Below are positions 27,415 through 39,949 of a stretch of DNA of 64,000 nucleotides, one piece after another. The position numbers and the translations under genes are program-made. The DNA lies in NCBI GenBank assembly GCA_964016885.1, contig OZ024741.1, forward strand, positions 237,646,001-237,710,000, read 5' to 3'. The DNA comes from Eledone cirrhosa. Lineage: Eukaryota. The notes under the pieces are model-generated. The model made no database searches and was not told where the DNA came from. It saw nothing but the letters and a program-made list of their open reading frames with translations. Position 1 is the stretch's first letter. Each line of letters begins with the position of its first letter.

Positions 27415-28118
27415 CTTTAGAGAGGAGTAGCAAAGGAGTGGTGCTTGAGGGGACATGGCTCGTGGTCCTTTGTCATCTCAGTTCTGAGACTTAATTTCTT
27501 AAGGTCAGCCTTTACTACCTTGTCCCATGTCTTCCAGGGTCTTCCTCTTCCAGCCACTGGGATTTCTCTGCATTTCTTTATGCAGTTGTTATCTCCCATA
27601 TGCATTACATGTCCCTACTGATGCAGTCTTCTCTCTTGCACTTTACATTCAGTTCTTCTTATGCTTAGTTTTTCTCTTAGTTTGCTTATGCTACGTCATT
27701 CATGGACACTAACATTACTCATCCATTAGAGTATACTTACTTCATTTCTTTCCAGCCTTTGTATGTCTTCTGCAAGGTCTATGTTTCACTGCTATGTAGC
27801 GTTGCAGTTCACACTCAGGCATCATATAGTCTACCCTTCATTCAGATAGAGGCCCTTTGTTGTCAGCAGCTCTCTAAACTTCTTTCAGCCTGGTTATCTC
27901 ATTTTTAGTGCATCTTCCCTCTCTGCAAATTAGATCAATTAGGTGACAAAAGCCGTTAATAACTTTTAAGGAGCTTCTTTGGCAACTAAAGGAATCTATT
28001 TCTGCCTGCAATCCCACTACATCACTTGTGCGTCCATTAATTACATTGTGTGCACCTTATAGAATGTCTGTCCACCCCTTTCTCACATATTGAACAAGGC
28101 CACTTTCCTGATGGTAAT
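27415..28118 (-). mobile_element. Degenerate RTE 3' portion
   Basis: CIKKCREIPVAGRGRPWKTWDKVVKADL; ends near the SGKWPCSIC-encoding sequence. Confidence 0.8.
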
Positions 28119-28328
28119 ATCTGTGTATTATTGACTGATGTGAGAATCTGTACTCAATACCGAAGTAGAGTGGTGGTGAACCTTATTTGATGATCCTGTG
28201 AGTGTGCAGGTGAAACTCCAGAGTAACAAGGCTTATCATTTAGCCATAATAAATGTATAACGCCAACCTCATTTACAGTGAGTGCTGGGTGCTTTTTTTT
28301 ATAATATTATATATATATATATATATAT

Positions 28329-28993
28329 ATAAATGGAAAAAATGAAACAAAATTTCATTTCTCTTAGTACGGCTGTTACTTAAATATAAGTATGTATACG
28401 TACATACATATATGTATACAGACGTAGAGTAGTATGTATATATATACATACATGCACACATATATATATGTACGTATGGATTTACCGAGCATTTATTATA
28501 ATGCTCGGTTTGTTTGTAAACAAACATGCCGAATTAAGCCGTACAGTGTTTAGCAACCATCGTTTCATTTTTTCCATTTATCATTTTCGGTACCCCGGCC
28601 GATTGCAAATTAGGCTGCTCAGCCGTTAATATGCATTAGGAAAGTATATACTTTCAGACGTTCAACCATCTGGCAGGAAGGTATACGTTGCTGACGATAG
28701 CTAATAAGCTTGAAACTAGTACAGCGTTCCTTTGTCAGTGTTGAACAAATGAGCAACGATGGTTGCTAGACACTGTACAGCTTAATACGGGATGTTTGTT
28801 TACAAACACACCGAGCATTATAATAAATGTTTGGTGAATCCATACGTACATATATATATGTGTGCATGTATGTATATATATACATACTACTGTACGTCTG
28901 TATACATATATGTATGTAGTATACATACTTATATTTAAGTAACAGCCGTACTAAGAGTGAGAAATGAAATTTTGTTTCATTTTTTCCGTTTAT
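28329..28993. mobile_element. Fold-back element: ~236-bp inverted arms (28329-28564 / 28755-28993) with a hammerhead in the spacer, flanked by (TA)n
   Basis: Arms are reverse complements with scattered mismatches. Confidence 0.85.
28685..28727 (+). ncRNA. Minimal type I hammerhead ribozyme, predicted GUA cleavage after 28721
   Basis: acgttg-CTGACGA-t-agct-aata-agct-t-GAAACTAGTA-cagcgt: 6-bp stem I, 4-bp stem II, palindromic ACTAGT stem III. Confidence 0.85.
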
Positions 28994-29751
<758 letters not shown>

Positions 29752-29766
29752 TAAAATAACAGATTA

Positions 29767-29818
29767 AAGTTTAAGCAAAGAATCGCTGCTTTCACCCTTA
29801 ACGGGATCTTCTGAAACT
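29767..29818 (-). ncRNA. Hammerhead variant with mutated core (CAGAAGA)
   Basis: agttt-CAGAAGA-tcccgttaagggt-GAAAGCA...TGCTT-aaact; three stems can form, U4 changed to A. Confidence 0.45.
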
Positions 29819-30319
29819 AACAAAGTCAATCTGTAAATGCAGAACTGGGTATTTCAAAAAACGTTGCAACCGGAGGAAGACAGGAAGACGATACTTTGGT
29901 TCATGGTGACGTTCGCTGGCGAAGAACGGGAAAAAACGAATAATACGTAATTAATAGGAGCGGTGAAAAACAATTACGCGCAAAGACAGAACCACGTTAA
30001 TGGTATAAAAGAGGTCGTAGACTAATGTTCTCTTAGGTGGTGCATAGAGACGTTCTCTGGCAATGAACGAAAAAACGAAGATAATACGTTATATGTGGAG
30101 CGTGGAGAACAATAGCATGCAAAGACAAAACCACGTAAATGGTATAGCAGAAGTCGTAGACTAAAATTCTAACTAGGAGACCAAATGAATCTCCGCTACA
30201 GAGTTAAGAACAAAGTAAATAAATACAATACAGAAGTAATAGAAATAAATAAATACATACACGCAAACAAAAACGTACATACACAAGCATACGCAAAACC
30301 TTACCATAGGTATACAAAA

Positions 30320-31226
30320 TGGCAGGCAGACCTGGGCATTGTGTGCAGAGGATATACGCAGACTGGAGAGAAACAAAGCTTGCATGCTCCGCTGGATGTG
30401 TAATAGTAATATACGTGAAGGGCAAAGCATAAACGAACTAAAGGAGAAATTAGGAATAAAAGGGATCAGATGTTGTTTACTCGAGAGAAGACTACGTTCG
30501 TACGGTCACGTGATGCGCATGAAAGACGACAGCTGTATAAAAAAGTGCAGGGCGATAAAAATAGACGGTAGCCACGGAGTAGGCAGACCCAGAAAAACCT
30601 GGGACGACTTGATAAATTCCGACCTCACACACTTACACCTCTCCAAGACAATGTCACTGGACCGAGATCTTTGGCGCTACATAGTCATACAGAAGACCCT
30701 AAGTACAAAGCGAAACCTACAGTCAGTAGGCACCTCTAACAAAATACACCCCTGTCCCACTACCCCCACCCCATCCACACCACCCCCTTAAATGTGAAGT
30801 TATGTTTAGTACCACAACATCCAGTCCGAAACAAATGAGGTCGTGTAGGTGTCACGACAAAAAAAACACACAGTCCACGCTGTAATGTGGCTGTGTAGGT
30901 AACACAGTAAAAACCTCCCAGTCCACGCTGTAAACGTGGTTGGTGTTGGGAAGGGCACCCAGCCGTAGAAAACCCGCCAGATGTGTAGGTGTCACGACAA
31001 AAAACACACAGTCCACGCTGTAATATGGCCGTGTAGGCAACACGGTAAAAACCTCCCAGCTCCACACTGTAAATGTGGTTGGGGTTAGGAAGGGCATCCA
31101 GCCGTAGAAAACCCGCCAGACAGTCCTATGCAAGCAAGACAACCACTCTTGCCTCAAGTGGGAAAATCCTCGTCCAAACCCATGCAAGCGTGGAAGATGG
31201 ACGTTAAACGATGATGATGATGATGA
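30320..31226 (+). mobile_element. 5'-truncated RTE (family B relative) with multi-module 3'UTR; same UTR on the minus strand at 40436-40757
   Basis: RLERNKACMLRWMC...GRPRKTW peptide; UTR modules; (GAT)n tail. Confidence 0.9.
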
Positions 31227-31237
31227 TTTATAATATT

Positions 31238-32080
31238 ATGTATGGAAGAGCTTTTAGTTTTGGTATTCCCTACAACATAGCCAAGAGAATCTGTATTATA
31301 GTCTCCAATAAAAACACCTGCTACTTACGGCTACAAGAACTAAAGGACACACTCATAGGCAGAGACTACCCTGCATCACTAATTGACAATGGAATCCAAC
31401 GTGCCCTAAAACTCAGTACCCAGGACCTTAGACAACCTAAAGTAAATCAACCGAAACTAAAAGCTCTTCCATACATCTCCACACACAACCCCCTCAACAA
31501 TGAGGCCTTTGACACCATCCTCCAGAACATCCCTGTGTTGAAAAAGGACCATAGAATGAACCAAATCCTACGAACACACGATATCATAAAGAGCAAAAGA
31601 CAATCCAAGTCAATGAAAAACATCCTAACACATGCCAAAGTACTGCCAACCACAATAACGAAACCCACAGTAAAAAAATGCGATAGACCCAACTGTGGCA
31701 TTTGCATCAACCTAATAGAGGGTTCGGAATTCTATTTCAAAGAAGGACAACGTTTTATAGTAAAACACAATTTCACATGTGCATCGGAAAATCTAATATA
31801 TGTATTAACTTGCTCAGGTTGTCGAGAACAATACATAGGCCAGACCAAAAACAGACTCCGCCAACGCATGACTGTCCATAGATCCCAAATTAAAATACGG
31901 GAATACAGGAAAATACCACTGAGTGAACATATTGATACCTGTGCCGCCCAAAATCATCCCAACTTCAGAATCTTTCCCCTCTACAAATTTAAAGCTAATG
32001 CCACCCACACCCAGCGCATCAGCAAGTAATCTTACTTCATTAACAAATACGGACCCCGTCTAAACACTTCTCCCTAAGAC
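31238..32080 (+). mobile_element. 5'-truncated Penelope-like element: thumb, Cys/His linker and GIY-YIG endonuclease
   Basis: IPYNIAKRI, LPYISTHNP, CDRPNCGIC, LIYVLTC..C...YIGQTKNRLRQRMTVH; premature stop at 32029. Confidence 0.9.
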
Positions 32081-32417
32081 GAACCCACAACATACACACG
32101 TCAACATACATACCTACATCAGTACACATCTCTACCCACATATAAACACAATGACATACGTAAACACACATGCTCTATGGTGCAACACAAAAAAATATAT
32201 GTGTATATATATGTATATATATATATATATATATAGTGAATATATGTATGTGTATATATATATATATATAGTGAATATCATTTCACACCTTTTATTGTTA
32301 AGATTTTTGATGTTCTATTAAGAGAACCGATTTTACTGAAAAAATCGAATAATGTACACCATTTTACCAGGGGGAAAAAAATACTGGTCCACCCACACAC
32401 ACACACACACACACATT

Positions 32418-32463
<46 letters not shown>

Positions 32464-32509
32464 CACACACACACACATACACACGCGTACATTAACATAC
32501 AAAGAGACT

Positions 32510-32548
<39 letters not shown>

Positions 32549-32656
32549 CTCCGTATAAGACAAAAGCTGAAAAACATCTTTTGACATGCTAAAATACCCC
32601 CCACTGCTTACAGACACATTCCTACTGACCATCCCTGCTTCCACGAATTACTCTGC

Positions 32657-32698
<42 letters not shown>

Positions 32699-33201
32699 TA
32701 CACACACACACTTATCTTAATAGCCATTTGACACACATCCCTGCTAACCATTATCACAACATCGAACACCTTACTACTACTACACACACACACACACACA
32801 CACATATTTGTTGTGAAAGAGTCATTTCTCAGTCTTGGCGCAAAATCAATTTTTTATTCACATGACCTCTACCGACCAATCAAAATTGTTTTGACCACAA
32901 GAATTTTTGCAAACACCAAGTAGCGCTGGAGCCACTTTTTTAACATAAAAACAGGTAGAATTCCCAAAACTAATCAGATCAGAGCAAACAACACGGACAC
33001 TCTATCTCAAAATTATTTTTGAAAAGCATTTAGAAATGCGCAACCGGTAAAAACTTAAAACCACAACTGAATACTAACCCATACAATTACTAATACTCTT
33101 TTATTCCTAATTAAACCATTTTTCAACTGTGAACAATTTGTCAGCATTTTCTATTCCGTTTACCAATATATAATAACTTGTGTGTTACACCTCTATTCTT
33201 T

Positions 33202-33237
<36 letters not shown>

Positions 33238-33365
33238 AAAGTTTTATTTAAAATTGTTGGGATACAACAAGTAAATATTTTATAACTGATATAAAGCACT
33301 CGACAAGTTTTTGGAGTAGATATACGATATTAAACAAATGGAAACTATATTTATAAAACCATATT

Positions 33366-33430
33366 TATTTCATTATACATATTTCAGGGATACCATATTA
33401 AAATATGGCATGCCTTCGTCAGATAAAATA
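33366..33430 (-). ncRNA. Type I hammerhead in the left (inverted) pseudo-LTR
   Basis: tattttat-CTGACGA-aggcatgccatatt-tt-aatatggtatccct-GAAA-TATGTA-TA-atgaaata. Confidence 0.8.
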
Positions 33431-34014
33431 CAATATATAAACAGTGTATATAACCGGAGGATTATATCGTGATGACATGCTTTTACTTATTGAAAATAAT
33501 AGCTGTGAACTAAATAGAAAAAGAAAACAAATTATACAATTTTTTAATTACCTTAATCTAAAAATAGAAATAGAGAATAACCATAGAATAGTCAATTTTC
33601 TGGATGTAACACTAAATCTCAACACATGTCTTCACTATCCATTTCACAAACTAAATGAGAACTTGAATTATGTCAATTTTAACTCTAATCACCCCAGATC
33701 TATTAAAAATACTATAGTGAACTCTGTTCAAGAACAAATTTCAAGAATTTCATCTAATAAAAATATTTTTGATGAAAAAGCGCAGTATTACAATGAAGCG
33801 TTAGCTAGAGCAGGATATAGAGATAAAATTAAGTACATCGATAATAATAAGCAAACTAACCAAAATAATAACAATTTTAATTACGGTAACAACATTAACA
33901 ACTATAATAGAAAACATTACAATAATTCCAAAAGCTGAAAAAGAAATAGAACTAGAAATATATTATGGTTCCCCCCCCCCCCCCCCTTTTCACTAAATAT
34001 TAAAACCCATATTG

Positions 34015-37000
34015 AAGCACCCACGTGAAGCGCCAACCCAGAGACCCTCCCCTACGAGTGTCGACAAATGCCCAAAACTCCGAGTTGGTACCATCAATGT
34101 AGGCTCAATGAAAGGAAGAGCAGGAGAAATCGTAGAAATGCTAGAGCGAAAGGAAGTTGATGTATGCTGTGTGCAAGAGACTAGATGGAGAGGAGGGTCT
34201 GCTAGAGTCCTTGTAGGAAAAAGCCAGTGCTACAAATTTTTCTGGGTGGGAAATGACGATGGGATGGGTGGTGTAGGTATACTATTAGCTGACAAGTGGG
34301 TAGATAAAGTAATCTCAGTGTACAGGGTAAATGCAAGAATCATTAAACTCAGACTAGTCCTGAATAAGACAATTACCACAATAATATCAGCTTACGCACC
34401 CCAATCGGGGCTGCCAGACGAACTTAAGGATAGGTTTTACGAGTCCCTAATACACACTACTGCTCTAACAGACGACAAGGACTTCCTAATCATTGCAGGA
34501 GATTTTAACGGACACGTAGGTAAACACTGCGACGGCTTCAATAGAGTACATGGAGGCCATGGAGTTGGCACAAGGAATGAGGAAGGATTCAGACTTCTAG
34601 AATTCTGCGACGCCAATGACATGTCGATATGTAACACAAACTTTAAAAAACCCGACAACCACCTGATCACCTATAGATCAGGGGAGCACTCTAGTCAGTT
34701 AGATTTTATCCTCATCAGAGGACGTGACAGATGGACGGTCGTAAACACAAAAGCCTTCCCTAGTGAGGAATGTACATCCCAACATAGCTTAGTTGTCAGC
34801 GACCTCACGGTCAGAACTAGACGAGCCCTGAAACAGAGGCCAACCTGGAGAAGAAAGATCTGGAAGCTGAAAGTCCCCTCAACCAGTAACAGATTTAAAG
34901 ATATTTTACTCAACGCCTACGACAGTAAAGAAGAACAGATAGAGACATTTAACGTAGAAGAGAACTGGGAGTTCCTAAAAAATAACTTACTAGAGGCGAC
35001 GGATGAGGTTTGTGGCTGGAGTAAGACCTCAAGCAGGAGGAGAGTGACTTGGTGGTGGAACAATAAGGTAGATGAAGCAGTCAAGGCCAAGAGACAGGCA
35101 TGGAAAGAATGGAAGAACGGGGGGAGCAGGGTACATTACATAGAGACCAAGAGGGAAGCTAGGCGACAAGTATACTTAGCTAGGAGGGAAGCAGAGGATA
35201 GAAAATTCAAGCATGTTTTACAACGTGAGGACCAGAAACAGGAGGTATTCAAGATTGCGAGGCAGTGTGTCAGAGATAGTTGTGATGTCATTGGAGAGAA
35301 GTGTATCCGGAATGATAAAGGTGAGCTTGCCCTCACAAGTGCTGAGAAGAAAGATGCATGGAAGAGTCATTATGATAGATTACTAAATGAGGAGAATGCA
35401 TGGGAAGAAGAGACCCTACCCCACGTAGACCCTATAGAGGGACCAGCAGTACAAGTCAGCGGCAGCGTAGTAAGTAAGGCAATCAGAGATATGAAGATAG
35501 GGAAGGCAACCGGTCCATCGGGTATAGCTGCCGAGATGCTGAAGGCATCTGGGTCTGTAGGTCACACTATAACCACACGTATCGTTAACCAGGTAATACT
35601 AGAGGGGGCCATACCAAAAGATTGGTGCAGTAGCATCATTGTCAACTGCTACAAAGGTAAAGGCGATGCACTAGATAGAGGAAACTATAGAGGTATAAAG
35701 TTGATGGACCAGGTCATGAAAGTAACAGAAAGAGTTATAGCACAGCTGATTAGGGACCGGGTGAATATAGACGAGATGCAATTTGGGTTTGTACCAGGGA
35801 AAGGCACCACTGATGCGCTCTTCCTTGTGAGGCAATTACAGGAAAAGTACCTAGCTAAAAGTAAGCCACTCTACTTGGCATTTGTCGACCTTGAGAAAGC
35901 CTTTGACAGAGTTCCACGTGCAGTAATCTGGTGGGCTCTTAGAAAACTAGGAGTAGATGAATGGCTTGTGAAAGCGGTACAAGCCATGTATAGGGGAGCA
36001 GTCAGCAAAGTTAGGATTGGCAATGAGTATAGCGAGGAATTTAGCGTACAGGTTGGGGTCCACCAGGGCTCTGTTCTTAGCCCTCTCCTGTTCATCATAG
36101 TCCTGCAGGCAATAACGGAGGAGTTTAAGACCGGATGCCCATGGGAACTCCTGTATGCTGATGACCTCGCACTCATAGCTGAATCTATGGTAGAACTAGA
36201 GAATAAATTCCAAACCTGGAAGCAGGGACTAGAGAGAAAGGGCCTCAAAGTCAACATGACAAAGACTAAGGTCCTTATAAGTAGACGAGAAAACAGAACC
36301 CAGATCCCCTCAGGGAAATGGCCTTGCTCAGTATGTAGGAAAGGTGTAGGTAGGAACTCCATTCTTTGCCCCAAATGCAAACAATGGGTACACAAGAGAT
36401 GTAGCGGGATCTCAGGAAGCTTAATTAAGAATGTAGGATTCACATGCAGCAGCTGTGCTGAAACAGCAAGCAAACAGCCACAGGAAACAAGTACCACCAA
36501 TCTCTGGGAGGGCCCTGTAGAAACAGTAGACAGCTTCTGCTACCTAGGTGACCGAATTAGCAACGGAGGTGGGTGCTCAGAAAGTACAATAACTAGGGTA
36601 AGAACGGGATGGAAGAAGTTTAGGGAACTACTACCACTGCTAGCTGCAAAAGGCTTCTCCCTCAGAATGAAAGGCAGACTGTATGATGCGTGTATCCGAA
36701 CAGCGATGTTGCATGGTAGTGAGACCTGGGCGCTGAAGGTGGAAGACTTACATAGATTAGAGAGAAACGAAGCCTGCATGCTCCGATGGATGTGTAACAG
36801 TAATATACGTGAACGACAAAGCATAAATGAATTGAGAGAGAGACTGAGCATAAGAGGAATCAAATGCTGCGTGCAGGAGAGGCGGTTACGCTGGCATGGA
36901 CATGTGATGCGTATGAAGGATGACAGCTGCATAAAAAGGTGCAGAGCACTAGAAGTTGATGGAAACCGCGGAGTGGGGAGACCCAAGATGACTTGGGATG

Positions 37001-37116
37001 AGGTGATAAAAGCCGACCTTACCCAACTACACCTCTCAAAGTCAATGACACACGACCGTGACTTCTGGCGTCACGCAGTAATACAGGGTACCCGACCTCC
37101 CATGGGTACATGCTGA
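34015..37116 (+). CDS. RTE polyprotein (APE endonuclease, reverse transcriptase, PHD-type finger), ~1033 aa open frame; true start probably lost
   Basis: No stops; QETRW, SAYAP, GDFNGH, QLDFIL, YRGIKL, QFGF, DLEKAFD, QGSVLSP, YADD. The TTG start in the ORF track comes from the TSD. Confidence 0.93.
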   Translation, partial: KHPREAPTQRPSPTSVDKCPKLRVGTINVGSMKGRAGEIVEMLERKEVDVCCVQETRWRGGSARVLVGKSQCYKFFWVGNDDGMGGVGILLADKWVDKVISVYRVNARIIKLRLVLNKTITTIISAYAPQSGLPDELKDRFYESLIHTTALTDDKDFLIIAGDFNGHVGKHCDGFNRVHGGHGVGTRNEEGFRLLEFCDANDMSICNTNFKKPDNHLITYRSGEHSSQLDFILIRGRDRWTVVNTKAFPSEECTSQHSLVVSDLTVRTRRALKQRPTWRRKIWKLKVPSTSNRFKDILLNAYDSKEEQIETFNVEENWEFLKNNLLEATDEVCGWSKTSSRRRVTWWWNNKVDEAVKAKRQAWKEWKNGGSRVHYIETKREARRQVYLARREAEDRKFKHVLQREDQKQEVFKIARQCVRDSCDVIGEKCIRNDKGELALTSAEKKDAWKSHYDRLLNEENAWEEETLPHVDPIEGPAVQVSGSVVSKAIRDMKIGKATGPSGIAAEMLKASGSVGHTITTRIVNQVILEGAIPKDWCSSIIVNCYKGKGDALDRGNYRGIKLMDQVMKVTERVIAQLIRDRVNIDEMQFGFVPGKGTTDALFLVRQLQEKYLAKSKPLYLAFVDLEKAFDRVPRAVIWWALRKLGVDEWLVKAVQAMYRGAVSKVRIGNEYSEEFSVQVGVHQGSVLSPLLFIIVLQAITEEFKTGCPWELLYADDLALIAESMVELENKFQTWKQGLERKGLKVNMTKTKVLISRRENRTQIPSGKWPCSVCRKGVGRNSILCPKCKQWVHKRCSGISGSLIKNVGFTCSSCAETASKQPQETSTTNLWEGPVETVDSFCYLGDRISNGGGCSESTITRVRTGWKKFRELLPLLAAKGFSLRMKGRLYDACIRTAMLHGSETWALKVEDLHRLERNEACMLRWMCNSNIRERQSINELRERLSIRGIKCCVQERRLRWHGHVMRMKDDSCIKRCRALEVDGNRGVGRPKMTWDEVIKADLTQLHLSKSMTHDRDFWRHAVIQGTRPPMGTC

Positions 37117-37410
37117 AGCATATAAACAATATGCCCCCCCCCCCACCGCAAGGTGGTCGTGGAGGTGCCACGGCAAAAAAGCACCCAGCCCACACTGTAA
37201 AGTGGACGTGTAGGCGCCACGAAAAAGCACCCAGCACTCACTGTAAATGAGGTTGGTGTTAGGAAGGGCATCCAGCTGTAGAAATCAAGCCAGATCAGTT
37301 CCTGTATGAGCAAGGCATGGTCAGCCGACCAGACACTGCCCACAACAGGACAACCCGTCTAACCCATGCTAGCGTGGAAGAACGGACGTAAAACGGTGAT
37401 GATGATGATG
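34015..37410 (+). mobile_element. RTE LINE family B, near full-length; ATTG target-site duplication (34011-34014 / 37411-37414)
   Basis: Removing the insert restores the Penelope frame KTHI-AKLF; (GAT)n tail; 294-bp 3'UTR. Confidence 0.95.
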
Positions 37411-39411
37411 ATTGCTAAACTATTCTTTAATGCTCTTGACAAACGCTTCTCTAGAACACATAAATATCACTCAATTTTTAATAGACACACTATAAAATTA
37501 ACTTACTCGTCCACCAAAAATTTAGCAGAATTAATAATAGGAATTTAAAACCTAACCAAAATACCAATAATAACCCAAACAATATTCAATTAAATAACTG
37601 TAACTGTAGAAATAAATCTAACTGTCCGTTAAATAACAACTGCTTAGCTAAAAATGTAGTGTACAATTGTAATGTTAAAACTAATTTAAATTCTTTCAAT
37701 TATGTTGCTTCCACCTCGACAGAATTTAAACTTCGCTTCAATAATCATAAGAATTCTTTCACAGATCCAAACAAAATATCCTCAACTTCGCTATCCAGCC
37801 TAATCTGGCACCTTAAACGAGATAATGTTAAATATTCGATGTTTTGGAATATTGTCTCAAAAGGGATTCCTTTTAATTCCTCATCAGAGACTTGTGATCT
37901 CTGTGTAGAGGAAATATTCTTTATATTAAAGTCCAAAAATCCCCTTAATTTAAGGAGCAATTTATTCAGTTGCTGCAGACATAGATTGAACTCAACGTTT
38001 AAATATAAATTTAAAATGTAGTATAATTAATTAAGAAATTTAGTTAATATATGAAACCTGACGATAAATCATTTGATTCCTTCACCTTTTTCTTTTTAAA
38101 CTTTCTTCCTCAATATAAACAAAGATATAATAAACTACTCTAAAATGTATATGCTCCCAAGTATTAAATAAATTTTACGTAAGATAAATTTCTATACTAA
38201 ATATAAGGGTATCCGTAGAATCACTGGGTCTTCTAAATCTTTAAAATAATTTTTGTTTTTTTATTTGTTTTTTGACTCTGATAGCTTCTAATAACTTTCA
38301 TATGTCTACCCTTGCAATATCTTGTTTGAGATATAGGTAGGATAGATTTCTATAATAAATATATGAAGCATATTGTTTTGGCCTGAGATACTCTATAGTG
38401 TGTTAAAGGTATTTTAATGCTTTGATATTTCTGTGTTAATATATTGATATTTGATTATCTCTATACAAAGGCCATTTGTGTGTATTAACATGCATATAAA
38501 AGGTTTATAGAGTTTATTTATGTGTTCGTATGTATGTCTGTATATGTGCATAACGATGCTGGAAAACTCACGCAGATATTTTATACATATATATATATAT
38601 GTGTATGGTTCTGTGTGTATATGTTGATGTGTGATGCAGATGTGCATAATATTAAATACATGAACGGTAATCATGTATGTGAGGACATGAATATTAATCG
38701 TATATTTTATGTATATATACAGTGAAATTTTTATAACACAAGAAATTATAGAAGTGATCAGGTGAAGTCATTTGTATGTCTATATTATTGACTAGAGTTA
38801 GACATAATTTTCTCTTTTTTCTTTTTTCAGAACGTACATATGCGTGTATATATATATACATATATGTATCTGTATTTTTTTATAAATAGGGTAATTTTTG
38901 AAGGTTTTAACTCAGATTTTGGTATATTGACCTCAGAGTTTTAAACTAAACATATGGTTATTATTGAACAATGTTATTTTCTCATATTATATATCTATGT
39001 CTCATTCATGAATATTGATATTTGCATTTTTACTATTCATTTCATATGAATTGATAATTCAACTTAATATGACATGATGTAAAGTTGTCACTGTATCCTC
39101 TTCTCTCTATATAGTACTTCCTCTCTCTTGAGTTTCTCTATCTGTATGATGAATTATTATCTCTCTGTTGCTTTCGTTTGCCTTTCTTATTTCTTTTTCA
39201 TTTCCTCCTATCTATTTATATATATCTTTCTTTTTTCTCTCTCTCCTTCTTTTTCTCTCTCCTTCTCTCTCTCCGTTTTTTTTCTAACTGTGCTTAACAC
39301 TATAACTAATAAAATAATTATAAACATTTCACTATCCAGACAGCTTCCAAAAATAATGGTCGCTTCTAATAGGGTACGCCAAAATTATTTATAAAACTGT
39401 TTATATATTGC

Positions 39412-39474
39412 ATTTTATCTGACGAAGGCATGCCATATTTTAATATGGTATCCCTGAAATATGTATAATGAAAT
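39412..39474 (+). ncRNA. Type I hammerhead in the right pseudo-LTR, predicted AUA cleavage after 39467
   Basis: Same core and stems as 33366-33430, in opposite orientation. Confidence 0.8.
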
Positions 39475-39515
39475 AAATATGGTTTTATAAATATAGTTTC
39501 CATTTGTTTAATATC

Positions 39516-39549
<34 letters not shown>

Positions 39550-39551
<2 letters not shown>

Positions 39552-39890
39552 AGGCACATGGCTTAGTGGTTAGAGGTTAGAGCATTAGCCTTGCAATCGA
39601 AAGGTTGTGAGTTCAATTCTCAGACTGGGTGATGTGTTGTATCCTTGAGCAAGACACTTTATTTCACATTGCTCCAGTTTACTCAGTTGTAAAAATGAGA
39701 TGATAGGGACTGGGGTCCCTATCATTCCACTGCAGAGTGGTCGTGGAGGTGCCACGGCAAAAAAGCACCCAGCACTCACTGTAAATGAGGTTGGTGTTAG
39801 GAAGGGCACCCAGCTGTAGAAATCAAGCCAGAATCAGTTCCCGTCCCACCCTTGCAAGCAGGGAAAAGCGGACGTAAAATGAAATGATGA

Positions 39891-39893
<3 letters not shown>
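39550..39893 (+). mobile_element. Full-length modular tRNA-SINE with RTE family A tail; second copy at 48649-48980
   Basis: tggcttagtgg A-box, gagttcaattc B-box, CORE-like tgtatccttgagcaagacacttt, RTE UTR module, tail cccacccttgcaagcag..gcggacgtaaaatga. Confidence 0.9.

Positions 39894-39949
<56 letters not shown>

Larger units (their letters stand above)
33237..39520 (+). mobile_element. Penelope-like element with inverted pseudo-LTRs, 5'-truncated within the RT, interrupted by an RTE
   Basis: GLYRDD, VNFLDVTLNL, YVNFNSNHP (33444-33938); RNILWFxPPFS|IAKLF...IFNRHTIKLTYSS; CNCRNKSNCPL and GIY-YIG-like YVASTSTEFKLRFNNHK (to 38021); 33325-33445 inverted at 39396-39520. Confidence 0.9.

Noticed and set aside
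34012-34014. TTG start of the 1034-aa ORF
   Set aside because: The codon lies in the ATTG target-site duplication, outside the element
35871-36986. Antisense ORFs of 209 and 148 aa (mirrored at 56575-57822)
   Set aside because: Shadow frames of the RTE ORF with no recognisable domains; shared only because the copies are near-identical
39550-39630. Stand-alone tRNA gene
   Set aside because: A/B boxes continue into a SINE body and tail; no proper cloverleaf seen
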